NCBI GenBank assembly: GCA_044356455.1
Contig: JBIKWF010000023.1
Coordinates: 1 to 46,993 of the forward strand
Direction of reading: 5' to 3'
Origin: Bdellovibrionota bacterium
GTDB lineage: Bacteria > Bdellovibrionota_C > UBA2361 > JBGSMV01
DNA: 46,993 nucleotides
The position numbers and the translations under genes are program-made. Position 1 is the first letter of the stretch, and each line of letters starts with the position of its first letter. This document shows positions 28,057 through 38,084 of this stretch, in pieces. The notes beneath the pieces are model-generated. The model was not told the DNA's origin, did not search any database, and was given only the letters and a program-made list of their open reading frames with translations.

Positions 28057-29292
28057 ATGGAACAGGTTCTTGGGCTACTCGCGCTCGTCTTTGTATTCCT
28101 TGTTCTGGTTGCCTTATTTCTGGGGCCTGCTGCTCGAAAGGGTAAACTACGAAAGGCTTCTACTGCGGATCTTCTCAAGAGTTTGGCTTCTTCTCGCGAT
28201 GCGAAAAAGCACGTCTTGGATGAGCTGGCTACCCGAACAAAAGAGGCGAAAGGCATAGGAGATGGGCTGCTTGAGCAATTTCTTAAGGGGGATATTCCAG
28301 GCGACAGACTGCTTAAGACATTTGTGGCGCTTGGGCCCGATGCATTTCGAAGCATCGAGCGTAGGTCCCGCCGCTTGACGAAGACTGAAGGCGAGGCCCT
28401 TCTTGATTTTTTTTCCGAGTTCCAAGAGCTGAGTGATTCGCAAGGGCAGGGACGCATTCTCCGAGAGTTCGTTCCTTCACTTGTGGTGAGCCTCCTCTCC
28501 GTAGGTAAGTCGAGCTTGGCGGCATCAATTCTTAGTGAGGTGGGCTCGCACATTGATGGTGAGAATAGAGAGCGTATAGACATGCGCATGCTGGAGAGTC
28601 TTTCTTCCGCAGGCGAAGAGGAGGCAGGGGAGGTGTTATTTGCGCTTGAGGAGGCGCCTTTATCGGATCGCGTCGTATCTCACTGCTTATCGCTCTATGA
28701 AGGAAGCACGTTTATTGGGAAAGAGAGGCTGCTCTCCCTGCTTGTTTTCTACGCTGAGGAGGGGAGCGATCTCGCGAAAAACTTTCTTCAGACTACTCTA
28801 GGACCCGAGCTTCTTCGCGTCCTTTCGTCCAAGGCAGATGACCATGTGAGAGAGGCAGCCATTCTTTTGGCTATACTAGGAGAATTTGCGCCTCCTTCTA
28901 CCGAAACTGCCCTAAGGGACTTGCTGGTGAATGCTTCAGATTCGGTTTTTCCTGCGCTGCTCGCTGCCTTGGGTAATGTAGTAGAGAGTGACGCCTCCTT
29001 CGAGGGCCTTATGAGCTCTTTCTTGGGCCAACTGTGTAAAATTGGAGAGCAGAGCTCTGGTACGCTTAGTTCTGATATTCTTGAAGCGCTCTCCGTTTTT
29101 GGGCCGAGTTCTGCCTCGGCGTTGCCGCTGGTGAGAAAGTTCCTGGCGTCAAATGATCAGAAAGTTCGAAGGGCGTGTGCTTATGTGCTGCATAACTTTG
29201 GCTCGCCAGAGGCTTTAGGGCTACTCAAGGAGCTGGCGCAGGATGCCGATCCTGTGGTTTCGGCCGAGGCTCAGTTGTGGCTGGATCAGTAG
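28057..29292 (+). CDS. Membrane-anchored HEAT-repeat protein
   Basis: N-terminal TM helix; DDHVREAAILLA, DQKVRRACAYVL, DADPVVSAEA. Confidence 0.75.
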   Translation: MEQVLGLLALVFVFLVLVALFLGPAARKGKLRKASTADLLKSLASSRDAKKHVLDELATRTKEAKGIGDGLLEQFLKGDIPGDRLLKTFVALGPDAFRSIERRSRRLTKTEGEALLDFFSEFQELSDSQGQGRILREFVPSLVVSLLSVGKSSLAASILSEVGSHIDGENRERIDMRMLESLSSAGEEEAGEVLFALEEAPLSDRVVSHCLSLYEGSTFIGKERLLSLLVFYAEEGSDLAKNFLQTTLGPELLRVLSSKADDHVREAAILLAILGEFAPPSTETALRDLLVNASDSVFPALLAALGNVVESDASFEGLMSSFLGQLCKIGEQSSGTLSSDILEALSVFGPSSASALPLVRKFLASNDQKVRRACAYVLHNFGSPEALGLLKELAQDADPVVSAEAQLWLDQ

Positions 29293-29427
29293 GGCGCTTG
29301 GTAGGAGAAGGTCCCTCTCCCATACTGCTCCTTCTTTCTTCGGGCTGTTTCGTGAGGAGGTTTCACCACCGCATCGTTGCTGATGGCCGTTCTCTTATTC
29401 TGTGATTGATGCAAAAATAGCGCCCAA

Positions 29428-30114
29428 ATGCCGCATGCCTTACCATCACCCGTGCTCACTCTAAAGAATGTATCAAAAACATTCTCGCGCGGCACTCTCT
29501 CCGTCGTAGCGCTACAGGACGTATCGCTTGAACTAAGGGGCGGCGAATTCGTGGCGCTTTGCGGACCTTCAGGCAGCGGCAAAAGTAGCCTCCTTAACAT
29601 CGCAGGTCTTACGGAGGCACCTTCTGAAGGGGAGGTGTTTCTGGCGGGGGAACGTGCTCCTTTTTCTAACGAGGAGGCGCTTACTGCCATGCGTAAGAAG
29701 AGCATCGGGTTTGTCTTTCAGTATTTTAATCTCCTTTCATCGCTCAGCGCCCTCGAGAATGTGGCCACGACCTTGTTGCTCAATGAAGTTCCCTGGAATG
29801 AGGCTCGCCGCCAGGCGCTTGAGCTTCTTGGGCGTGTAGGACTTTCGGCGAGAGCGCACCATTTTCCCGAAGAGCTTTCTGGCGGAGAGATGCAGCGCGT
29901 GGCGCTCGCGCGGGCTATCGCCCACAGGCCTAAGCTTCTACTTGCGGATGAGCCCACCGGAAACCTTGACAGTGTTACGGGTGATGGCGTGCTTTCTCTG
30001 CTGCAAGAGGTTGCTAAAGAGGGAACCGCTATTCTTATGGTTACCCACAGTGACCGGGCGGCGTCTCATTGTGATAGGCGCTTAAATCTCTTAGATGGAA
30101 AGCTCTGTCCATGA
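29428..30114 (+). CDS. ABC transporter ATP-binding protein (LolD/MacB-type)
   Basis: [28 protein letters not shown]. Confidence 0.95.
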   Translation: MPHALPSPVLTLKNVSKTFSRGTLSVVALQDVSLELRGGEFVALCGPSGSGKSSLLNIAGLTEAPSEGEVFLAGERAPFSNEEALTAMRKKSIGFVFQYFNLLSSLSALENVATTLLLNEVPWNEARRQALELLGRVGLSARAHHFPEELSGGEMQRVALARAIAHRPKLLLADEPTGNLDSVTGDGVLSLLQEVAKEGTAILMVTHSDRAASHCDRRLNLLDGKLCP

Positions 30115-32729
30115 TGAGCGCGGCCACGTTTTTTCGCCTACTTCACTGGACGGTGGTGAGAAGACTCGGCCGGGAGTGGGGACGTGCTCTGCTTCTCGTC
30201 GGCGGAATTGCCCTTGGCGTTTCTATGTTCCTCGCTATCCACTTTGCTGCGGAGGCGAGTGTGGGAGCCTTTCGGCAGTCCTCGGAGCTTCTGGGCGGGA
30301 ACCTCCAGATCCGCTCCCCTTTAGGGACATTCTCTCAGGATGAGCTAAAGGAGCTATATCCATGGCTCGCTGCGAGGTCCAGCCCCATGGTGTTTCTTGA
30401 GGCCTCCGCGAAGATTCATACGCAAGGCGGCGATTCTCCTCGCATCTCGGTTACCGGCATTGACCCTCTCGAACAGGTAGCCCTCTTTAGTCAGCGAAGT
30501 CCCCCCTCTGAGAAGCAGGGAGCGAGTGCGTCCGAGCGAGACGGGGGAGAGACTGTGCGCGCATGGATTGGAAGTCAATTTGCATTTGCAAAAGGCTCCG
30601 AGCTTTGCCTTCATTTCGGACTTAAAGAGACCTGTGTGAAGCCCGAAGTGATTTCTCCTGAGGCGGAGCGCGAGGCTTCGCTTGGGAAAAGTGCGCTAGT
30701 CATGGATATCCATGCACTGCAGCGTGCCATAGGCCGAGAGGGGGGAGTGAGTGGGGTTATTGTTAAAGAGCCCGCAGGTCAGAGCTCCGAAGAGCGCCGC
30801 TCCTTTCGCCGTGAGCTTGAGGCGCTAGTGATGGAAGTTACTTCAGGACGGCTTGTTCTTGAGGGAGATGAAGAGCGCCAGCAACGCGCGGAAAAGCTTC
30901 TTGGAGCCTTTCGCATGAATGTAGCCGTCATGGTACTCATGACGCTTGTGGTTTGCGCGTTTACCGTTTTTAACTCGGCGCAGCTCAGCGTGCGGGCGCT
31001 TCTGCCAGAACTTTCTACTCTTCGCACGCTGGGGCTTTCTAGGGCCTGGATGGTGACCGCGGTCATCTTAGAGTCTGCGCTACTTGGTTGTGTGGGAGCC
31101 GCATTAGGGCTCACGTTGGGGGCTCCACTTTCGAGCGTCACGGCAGCACTTTTTCTTTCGACCGCTGAGAGCTTGTACCGCGTGCCGCATGTTTCTGAGA
31201 CCTTGAGTTTTTTCAGTTATCCGGAACTCTATGGCACTTCGTTTTTCGTCGGGGTTCTTGTGAGTGTCTTGGGGGCAGTTCTTCCGGCGCTCAAGGTGCG
31301 AAAGGTGGTGCCGGGTGTGGGGACGAGGACCGTGATGCAAGATCCGCCGCCCTCTATGAAGGGAAGACTTGCACTCGCACTTGGACTTTCTCTCGCAGGG
31401 GTTCTCTGCGTCGCGGTTGGCTTTCGCTTGCGTTCGGATCTTGCCGCTCATGGCGCTTCTTTTGCGATTGTAGGAGTGGTGATTGCTCTCTCTGCCCCAC
31501 TGCTTCTTTTCTCGGGTGCTGCGCTCAAGCGATTTCTTCTCCCCGTTCTTAGGCCCCGCCGAGCTTTGGAGCTTCTTCTTGGAGCTAACGGCGCGCTTGG
31601 AAATATTAGAGCGAGTGCCGTAGCGGTTGCGACGACAAGCTCCGGTCTCGCCCTGCTGATTGGACTTGGAATTATGGTCGAGAGTTTTAGGACCACTCTT
31701 GGACTATGGGTGGAAGATAGTATTGCCGCTGACTTTTATCTAAGCCGAGGCGCGGATACGCCGGGTCAAGCGGGAGAGCTTTCTGAGGACTTTATCGATG
31801 ATGTGATAAAGGTGCCGGGTGTGGCAGAAGTGCTGCGTTTTAGCCCCAGGGAAGGCACCGTCTGTAGTGCTCAGGGAGCCTGCCTCTTGCTCCCACTTCA
31901 TGCTGCTGAGGTAAGAGACCAAGCGGACCGACGCAGGTATCGACTCATCGCTGGTGCGTTAGATCTTGAGGCGCTCAATGACGGTCGTGCGGCTCTCGTG
32001 AGTGAGAGCGCGGCCGGGAGGTATGGATTTAAAATGGGGGATGCCCTTGAGATATATTTCCCCGGAGCAGCTCCCTTCCGCGTGCTTGTTTCTGGAGTGT
32101 ACAAAGATTTTACCTCAGAGCGTGGGAATGTGCTTCTTAGTTACCAAATGCTGCGCGCGCGGGGTTTTCTTTCCACCGCGGAGAGCGCCGCCGTGTACTT
32201 GAACTCAGCCGCTTCTCGAGAGGGGGTAAGGGAGGCGCTAGAAACCTTAGGGGCAAAGGTGCAGGGACTTAAGCTTCAGGATCAGTCTCAGCTTAGGGGC
32301 GCTGTCTTTGAGATTTTTGACAGGACTTTTCGTATTACGGATGTGCTTAAAATTACCGTCATTCTGGTATGTGCGCTTGGATTCGCCGTCACTCTTTCGC
32401 AGCTAGCAGGAGAGCGGGGGCGAGAGTTCCGTACCGTAAAAACGCTTGGAGCGCCGCGCTCTTCACTCATGTTGGGAGTGTTTATAGAAGGCGGGATTCT
32501 CGCACTGCCAAGTATGTTGCTTGGAATGGCGGGAGGCATTCTCCTGTCTCTGCTTCTCGTGACGGTGATTAACCCGCTCTCTTTTGGCTGGACCCTTGGC
32601 TATGTGGTCTCGGCAGAGACCCTTGCCCTTCCTGTTGTGGCGATACTTGCTGCCTACCTGCTGCCTCTTTGTTGGTTTGTCTTTCAGCAGGCGAAACTAC
32701 TCGCCAGGAGCGATTTGAGCGCTGAGTGA
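30111..32729 (+). CDS. ABC transporter permease with two FtsX-like halves (AttF/G-like)
   Basis: ATGA overlap with the ATPase gene; LSTLRTLG and FRTVKTLG motifs; IMVESFRTTL, IFDRTFRIT. Confidence 0.88.
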   Translation: MMSAATFFRLLHWTVVRRLGREWGRALLLVGGIALGVSMFLAIHFAAEASVGAFRQSSELLGGNLQIRSPLGTFSQDELKELYPWLAARSSPMVFLEASAKIHTQGGDSPRISVTGIDPLEQVALFSQRSPPSEKQGASASERDGGETVRAWIGSQFAFAKGSELCLHFGLKETCVKPEVISPEAEREASLGKSALVMDIHALQRAIGREGGVSGVIVKEPAGQSSEERRSFRRELEALVMEVTSGRLVLEGDEERQQRAEKLLGAFRMNVAVMVLMTLVVCAFTVFNSAQLSVRALLPELSTLRTLGLSRAWMVTAVILESALLGCVGAALGLTLGAPLSSVTAALFLSTAESLYRVPHVSETLSFFSYPELYGTSFFVGVLVSVLGAVLPALKVRKVVPGVGTRTVMQDPPPSMKGRLALALGLSLAGVLCVAVGFRLRSDLAAHGASFAIVGVVIALSAPLLLFSGAALKRFLLPVLRPRRALELLLGANGALGNIRASAVAVATTSSGLALLIGLGIMVESFRTTLGLWVEDSIAADFYLSRGADTPGQAGELSEDFIDDVIKVPGVAEVLRFSPREGTVCSAQGACLLLPLHAAEVRDQADRRRYRLIAGALDLEALNDGRAALVSESAAGRYGFKMGDALEIYFPGAAPFRVLVSGVYKDFTSERGNVLLSYQMLRARGFLSTAESAAVYLNSAASREGVREALETLGAKVQGLKLQDQSQLRGAVFEIFDRTFRITDVLKITVILVCALGFAVTLSQLAGERGREFRTVKTLGAPRSSLMLGVFIEGGILALPSMLLGMAGGILLSLLLVTVINPLSFGWTLGYVVSAETLALPVVAILAAYLLPLCWFVFQQAKLLARSDLSAE

Positions 32730-32733
32730 TTGG

Positions 32734-32863
32734 GGAATCTCTAAAGAACTCACCTCTGTGTACCTCTGCGCCCTCTGTGGTGAAATTTTTATGAAAAAAT
32801 TCACCACAGAGGACACGGAGGTACACAGAGGTGCATTAAGAATGGAGGTTTCTCAGAGGTTCC
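32734..32863. mobile_element. MITE type 1, beta core (reverse orientation)
   Basis: TTGG-ggaatctctaaagaac...ggtttctcagaggttcc-TTAG. Confidence 0.85.
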
Positions 32864-33037
32864 TTAGGCTATCTTCTTGAAAAGCTTAAGAGTACACCCG
32901 TATGGCTGCATACCGGCTGCTTCGCCCCCCACTAAACACAATCCAGATTTCCTAAAGAATTAAGGGCACGTTCACTATCGAGAGCCGCATAACGTAGCGG
33001 CTCTTTTTGATTTTTGTTCGGTAAGGGGGGAGGGAAT

Positions 33038-34075
33038 ATGCAATCTCTAAGTAACAATGGGGCAAGAGGTCTTGTCATGAGGTCTCTTGGTGAAAAGGCG
33101 CGAGATACTCAGTCAACAAATTTAGTAGCAAGGTTACAAGCTGCTTACGAGGCGTCTTCCACTCCCGATGCTCTGGCGGTTCCAATTCTCGCCGCACGAG
33201 AGCAATTCGTAGAATTAAGAAACGGGGGAGCGTCATTTGCCGAGGCGCAAACCAGCGCCCTTACGGCTCTGCGAATAGAGTGCCTGAACTTTCTAACTGC
33301 AGAGTTTCCTAAGCGCGGCAAGGCTGCTCCTCTTGCGATAAGTCTTTTTAGTGACCTTTGCAGCTCAGGTATGCTTCCGCATGAGGCGGTAGGCATTGCT
33401 CGAAATGGCGAGTTTGTCTCTGCTTGGACCGCTGTTTCAAAGAGCCTTCCAGACGCACAGGCAAAGGCAGGTTTAAAGAGCCGGGTCATCCAACTTCTTA
33501 GCTCAGGAGAGCCTGTTACTGATGCGGTTCTCTTTCTTAAAGCAGAAGTACTTGGGGCCACACTCCCAGAAGAATCCAAAAGCCGCCGTGAATACCTAGA
33601 GGGCTTGCGAGGAACTGCAAGGGCCAAGCTCGCGGATCTCAATGAAAAGAAGATTCCTGAAACGGCGAAGGAACATAAAGAGGCTACTTCGCATCTGGCG
33701 AGACTCGCGCATGCAGAAACATTTTATGTGGAACTTGTGTGTGCACTTAGAGCCACGCTGCCCACGCTTAGCGGGGCTAAACTTGACGAACAGGCCTGGG
33801 CGCTGGCTCGACATCCTGAGGCCGCAACTGCCATGGCTAGCGTGCTTGCCCGGGAAGAAACTGAAATTCGTCCGGGAAATCGACAGAGACTTCGCGCCTC
33901 GTTTATTGAAAAGGTAATAAAGAGAGGTCGCCCGTCCCGTCCAGAATCTTTGAATGAGGCTGCGTTTGAAGCCTGCCAAGAATTTGGTGAGGGAAACGCC
34001 GATGGGACAGCTAACCGCATACGAAGTGGGGGAGGAGGGCGGTCCAATGGGAAAGGGGTTGGGAGCGGAGAATAG
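33038..34075 (+). CDS. Hypothetical helical protein, no recognisable family
   Basis: 345-codon ORF after strong RBS GGAGG; fills the gap between neighbours. Confidence 0.6.
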   Translation: MQSLSNNGARGLVMRSLGEKARDTQSTNLVARLQAAYEASSTPDALAVPILAAREQFVELRNGGASFAEAQTSALTALRIECLNFLTAEFPKRGKAAPLAISLFSDLCSSGMLPHEAVGIARNGEFVSAWTAVSKSLPDAQAKAGLKSRVIQLLSSGEPVTDAVLFLKAEVLGATLPEESKSRREYLEGLRGTARAKLADLNEKKIPETAKEHKEATSHLARLAHAETFYVELVCALRATLPTLSGAKLDEQAWALARHPEAATAMASVLAREETEIRPGNRQRLRASFIEKVIKRGRPSRPESLNEAAFEACQEFGEGNADGTANRIRSGGGGRSNGKGVGSGE

Positions 34076-34282
34076 GCCGCGCTATACTCTGGGGGCCTTC
34101 GCGCGCACCAAACAGATTTCTACCTGCCTACGCGAATCCATTACTAGGTAATTTTCCTCACTTTTTCTGTCATCTGGGGAGCACATGGGGGCTCTAGGCT
34201 AGCATAACCCTCAGTAGAACCTTGGGGGTTGGCAGGTTCTTTCTTAAAGAGTTCGGTGGGTTAACGTTCGAGAGTAGCTGCG

Positions 34283-35374
34283 ATGGTTCTTCGTTTGCTT
34301 GGTAAGCAAAAGGGCTCGCTTTCTCAGCGGCACCCGCGCCAAAGCGCGGGAGTGGGGAAAAAGCGCAGTGCAGTCGGCGCTACGGCGTCTCCAGGAGCTT
34401 GGCAGCTCGACGATTTAAAGCGCATCAATGAAACCAGCAATGCAAGGCGCGCCGAGGGACTTCTTACGCGCGTCAAGCGCCTGGCGAACGAGTTCGTGTC
34501 AGGAAAGCCCCAATCCTCAAATAGTGAGTCTTCCATTTCGTTTGAGACTGATGCTGAAATTCGCCGCAGCCTTTTTGTCTTAAATCCAGCCACAAAAATT
34601 ATTCGTATTGAGCGGTCGATGATCTGCTGCAAGGCGCCGCGACTTGATGGAATGCCACGACTCTTTGCGCCTTATGGGCTAAAGGGCGGCGCGGCGCGCT
34701 TGGGTCTTCAGGCCTTGCTTGGCGAGGATGTGCGCCATCTTCGTCCGAGGGATATCGATGTCGTGCGCTTCGGCTTAAAGGGCGATGCAGATCAAGTTGC
34801 CCTAGACAACCACATGGCAGAGGAGCACATGCCGAAGGATGCTGCTCACGGGCATGGCGTTGAGGTATGCGAGAGCATCGACAGCTATCTCACGAACCGC
34901 GATTTTACGATCAATGAAGCAGTGCTTATGGGCGGCCAGATTGTGGTGTCCGCTCAAGCGCTAAGAGACATGTATTTTGGAATTGTGCGGCCTACGCAGC
35001 ATCTTCTAAAGGGAGGCGAGCTCCTCGAAGGCAAAATGTTTATGAAGGCACTGCGTTTCTGTTCAGAGATGAAAGCGCGTGGCCGCGCCGCAGAGTTTGT
35101 TGATGATAATATACATTGCGTGGCCTCTCCATTCGATGTGGCTCTGCATCTTGCACGAGCGCTAGAGACTAGCAATGGCGTGGCAGAAGACTACCTTGCG
35201 CGCGCGTTCGCATACGGCGTTCTTGATGCGGCGGAGTTCGGGGCGGGCACTCTCGAGGAAGTCAAAGAAGGACTGTCTCAGATACTGGGGCCAGGAGTTG
35301 CGCTCTTTGACAAGGAGCCCGAGCCTGAGGTCGTGCGCTCGGTAGGGATTGGCTTCTCTGTCCAGAGAAGCTAG
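34283..35374 (+). CDS. Divergent class II nucleotidyltransferase (CCA/poly(A) polymerase head-like)
   Basis: LKGGAAR...RDIDVV, RDFTINE, ALRD..GIVRP, KALRF. Confidence 0.65.
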   Translation: MVLRLLGKQKGSLSQRHPRQSAGVGKKRSAVGATASPGAWQLDDLKRINETSNARRAEGLLTRVKRLANEFVSGKPQSSNSESSISFETDAEIRRSLFVLNPATKIIRIERSMICCKAPRLDGMPRLFAPYGLKGGAARLGLQALLGEDVRHLRPRDIDVVRFGLKGDADQVALDNHMAEEHMPKDAAHGHGVEVCESIDSYLTNRDFTINEAVLMGGQIVVSAQALRDMYFGIVRPTQHLLKGGELLEGKMFMKALRFCSEMKARGRAAEFVDDNIHCVASPFDVALHLARALETSNGVAEDYLARAFAYGVLDAAEFGAGTLEEVKEGLSQILGPGVALFDKEPEPEVVRSVGIGFSVQRS

Positions 35375-35383
35375 TTTTATCTC

Positions 35384-36604
35384 GTGTCTAAAATACCTTA
35401 TTCAAAGCTTCGAGCTTTCCTTCTTATTTGCTTTAGTTTGGCATTTGGTTTGGCCAGTGAGGCTGAGTTCTCACTTGTCAGTCCTGCGCCACTTTTTGCC
35501 CAATCCCTTTCTTTTGAGCGCGCCCTTCCGGGCCGTACCCTCCAGTTTCCCCGGGACCACGGAAACCATCCTACGTTTGAAACTGAATGGTGGTATTTTA
35601 CTGGGCACTTGTTTGATGAGCAGGGGCAGCCATTCAAGGATGCTTCACGTCAGGGCTTTCAGCTGACCTTTTTTCGCCGAGCAAAAAAAGCTGAGGAGCA
35701 ATCACCAAACTCTGGTGACGCTGCAAGCTGGAATCAAGTGTATCTCGCTCACGCGGCGCTTTCGGATTTTGTGCGCCCTCAGTTCTTGTTTTCTAAAAGA
35801 ATTTCGAGCGGCGCCCTTGGTGTAGCAGGCGCAGCCTCCTTTGGCCTTAAGGCTTGGAATAGAGACTGGAAGGCGGAGATGATGGGGGATTCTGTCGTTT
35901 TAGAATTCTCCCTGCCCGCTAAAGAAAACGAGGGCAAGGCCCCAGAGACGAAAGAGTCTGAGCCCGAAGTTCGCCTTGTCGGGAAGATAATTGAGGCTCC
36001 CGTGCTTCAGGGAGAGGCGGGATTAAGTAAAAAAGGCGTCTGCGAGGGCTGCGCTTCTTTTTACTATTCGGTGCCTCGCCTCGAGCTAACAGGTCATATC
36101 CGCCGTGGTGAATCTATTTCGAAAGTTCATGGAATTGGCTGGATGGACCATGAGTTCATGTCCAATGCGCTTGGCAAAGATCAGGTGGGATGGGACTGGT
36201 TTAGCTTGAACACCAAAGACGGCGCTTCAGTGATGCTGTTTCAACTCAGAAACAAAAAGGGGGATATCGATTTTTCCTCAGGCACTCTGGTGCGCCGGAT
36301 TCCAGGGCGTGCCGATCTTCAAGTGAGCATGTTAAAGCCAGAAGATTTTTCGATAGACGTCCTTTCGACCTGGGAAAGTGCAAAATCTAAAGGTCGTTAT
36401 CCTTCGCATTGGAGAGTTCGGGTACCTAAAGCTGAGCTTGATGTTGAGATTTTGCCAAAGCTGGCAGACCAAGAGCTGGTGTCTAAGGGGGGAGCGGTTG
36501 GGGATGTCGCCTATTGGGAGGGTGCGGTGAGCAGCTCCGATAATGCCGTGATTGGGTATGTTGAGATGACTGGCTATGCGGGGGAAATGGGGGAGATTCT
36601 CTAG
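35384..36604 (+). CDS. AttH/CrtC-like secreted lipocalin-fold hydrolase
   Basis: FPRDHG.HP, EWWYFTG, WMDHEF, GWDWF, YWEG, GYVEMTGY. Confidence 0.9.
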   Translation: MSKIPYSKLRAFLLICFSLAFGLASEAEFSLVSPAPLFAQSLSFERALPGRTLQFPRDHGNHPTFETEWWYFTGHLFDEQGQPFKDASRQGFQLTFFRRAKKAEEQSPNSGDAASWNQVYLAHAALSDFVRPQFLFSKRISSGALGVAGAASFGLKAWNRDWKAEMMGDSVVLEFSLPAKENEGKAPETKESEPEVRLVGKIIEAPVLQGEAGLSKKGVCEGCASFYYSVPRLELTGHIRRGESISKVHGIGWMDHEFMSNALGKDQVGWDWFSLNTKDGASVMLFQLRNKKGDIDFSSGTLVRRIPGRADLQVSMLKPEDFSIDVLSTWESAKSKGRYPSHWRVRVPKAELDVEILPKLADQELVSKGGAVGDVAYWEGAVSSSDNAVIGYVEMTGYAGEMGEIL

Positions 36605-36748
36605 GGAACCTGAAAAACCTCGAGTCTTACTAAACCCGTGTCCTACTAAACCTCTGTGTACTCTCGTGTCCTCTGTGGTGAATTCCTTGATGAGAATTTC
36701 ACCGCAGAGGACGCGGAGTTACACAGAGGCTAGTTTTTCTGAGGTTCC
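36605..36748. mobile_element. MITE type 1, beta core, between convergent stop codons
   Basis: CTAG-ggaacctgaaaaacc...gtttttctgaggttcc-TTAG. Confidence 0.87.
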
Positions 36749-37873
36749 TTAGAAACCGCGGGCCTTAACGCTGCCGAGATCCTCTTCTGTTTCAGCCCAG
36801 GTCGGATTTGAAACAGCTTTGATGCCAGGGGCGCGATTCAGTACTTCGTAGGTATTCGCCCAGCGACTCAGTTTCCGTGCGAATCTGTCTTCGAAATTTG
36901 CTTCCCTGATACCAAATACACTCCTGAACGCAGACTCATGATCTTCGCCCGATCGCAAAGTAGAAAAGTACAATCCAAGGCGGTCATAGCCAAATGTTTC
37001 AACAAGTGCCTGGGCGGCAATTAGTGACTGTGCATACGCGGCGGCCACCATGTGGGTTTCTAAGCGCGTAAATCCTCCCTGCATGAGCTCAAAGGGGACT
37101 GGTGGATTTTCCTTTAGATATTCGTACAAAGCGGGACGGAGCGCAGAGTTTTCGGTGCCCTCTGCAAGCTGAGCGAGCCCCTCGTCTATCCAGCCAGGTG
37201 TCTTTCCTGCCGTGAGCGCATGTATTACCGCGTGCGTGTATTCATGCTTTACGGAGCGGGAGATGTTTTCAAAATCTATGGGCTCACTGGGCGAGAGCGG
37301 AATAATGATTTGACCACGGTAAAAGAGCGCATTGGTCCAGCGAGGCGCGCCTGTTGAGAGAAAGAAAGCTTCCTCGTCCATGAGCCTTAGTGTCACCGCA
37401 AAAGAAGGAATGTCCCCGAATAATGACTCGAAGCGACTATGGGATTGCTTAAGTAGTGCGGCAAGCTTTGCTCCAAGCGGGCTCCATTCTGGCCCGGATA
37501 CTACGGTGAGAATTGTGCCACTTCCGAGCGAGAAGGCTTTGGAGGCCTGAATTACTTTGGCGCTGCCTTGGCTCTTTGCTCTTAGCTCTCCAAGTGAGAC
37601 GTTTGAGGAGTTCGATGAGGGAGAGTTAGAGGCCTTAACAGGGACAGAATCTGAATCTAAGTCGGCTGAGGGATTCTCTGAGAGTGGGCCTGCCGCCAAA
37701 GAAGAGGGGAGCGCACTTGAGCTCTGATCTATCGCTTCAGCTAGGGGAGTTAGGTAAAGGCAGCTTACAACGCTCAAGGCTAGCGCAAAGAGCCGCGGCC
37801 AGGGCCTAGTGGAGGCTGCTTTCGCCTCTGCGGTATCCCTCGGGAATATCGCCGCACACACACACTGACCCAC
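36749..37873 (-). CDS. Secreted peptidase MA-like (gluzincin) metallopeptidase
   Basis: HEYTH...PGWIDEGLA, AYAQS; start uncertain. Confidence 0.8.
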   Translation of the reverse strand: MGQCVCAAIFPRDTAEAKAASTRPWPRLFALALSVVSCLYLTPLAEAIDQSSSALPSSLAAGPLSENPSADLDSDSVPVKASNSPSSNSSNVSLGELRAKSQGSAKVIQASKAFSLGSGTILTVVSGPEWSPLGAKLAALLKQSHSRFESLFGDIPSFAVTLRLMDEEAFFLSTGAPRWTNALFYRGQIIIPLSPSEPIDFENISRSVKHEYTHAVIHALTAGKTPGWIDEGLAQLAEGTENSALRPALYEYLKENPPVPFELMQGGFTRLETHMVAAAYAQSLIAAQALVETFGYDRLGLYFSTLRSGEDHESAFRSVFGIREANFEDRFARKLSRWANTYEVLNRAPGIKAVSNPTWAETEEDLGSVKARGF

Positions 37874-38084
37874 GCAACCTCTTGAAACAACAAAGATGTT
37901 TCTTTACTTAAGGCCTGTAAGTGCTAATACTTACGGCGCCTTCCTTAATGAGGTCGGCTAAAACCTGCAGAAACATGAGTGGCAGCGGCTTGGGGATCTG
38001 TGGGATTCGCGATAATGGGGCTCGTCAGATGCGGGCGGGCCGATTAAGTTTGCGCGTAGCTTTTTGAATGAGGAGAAACAAAGA

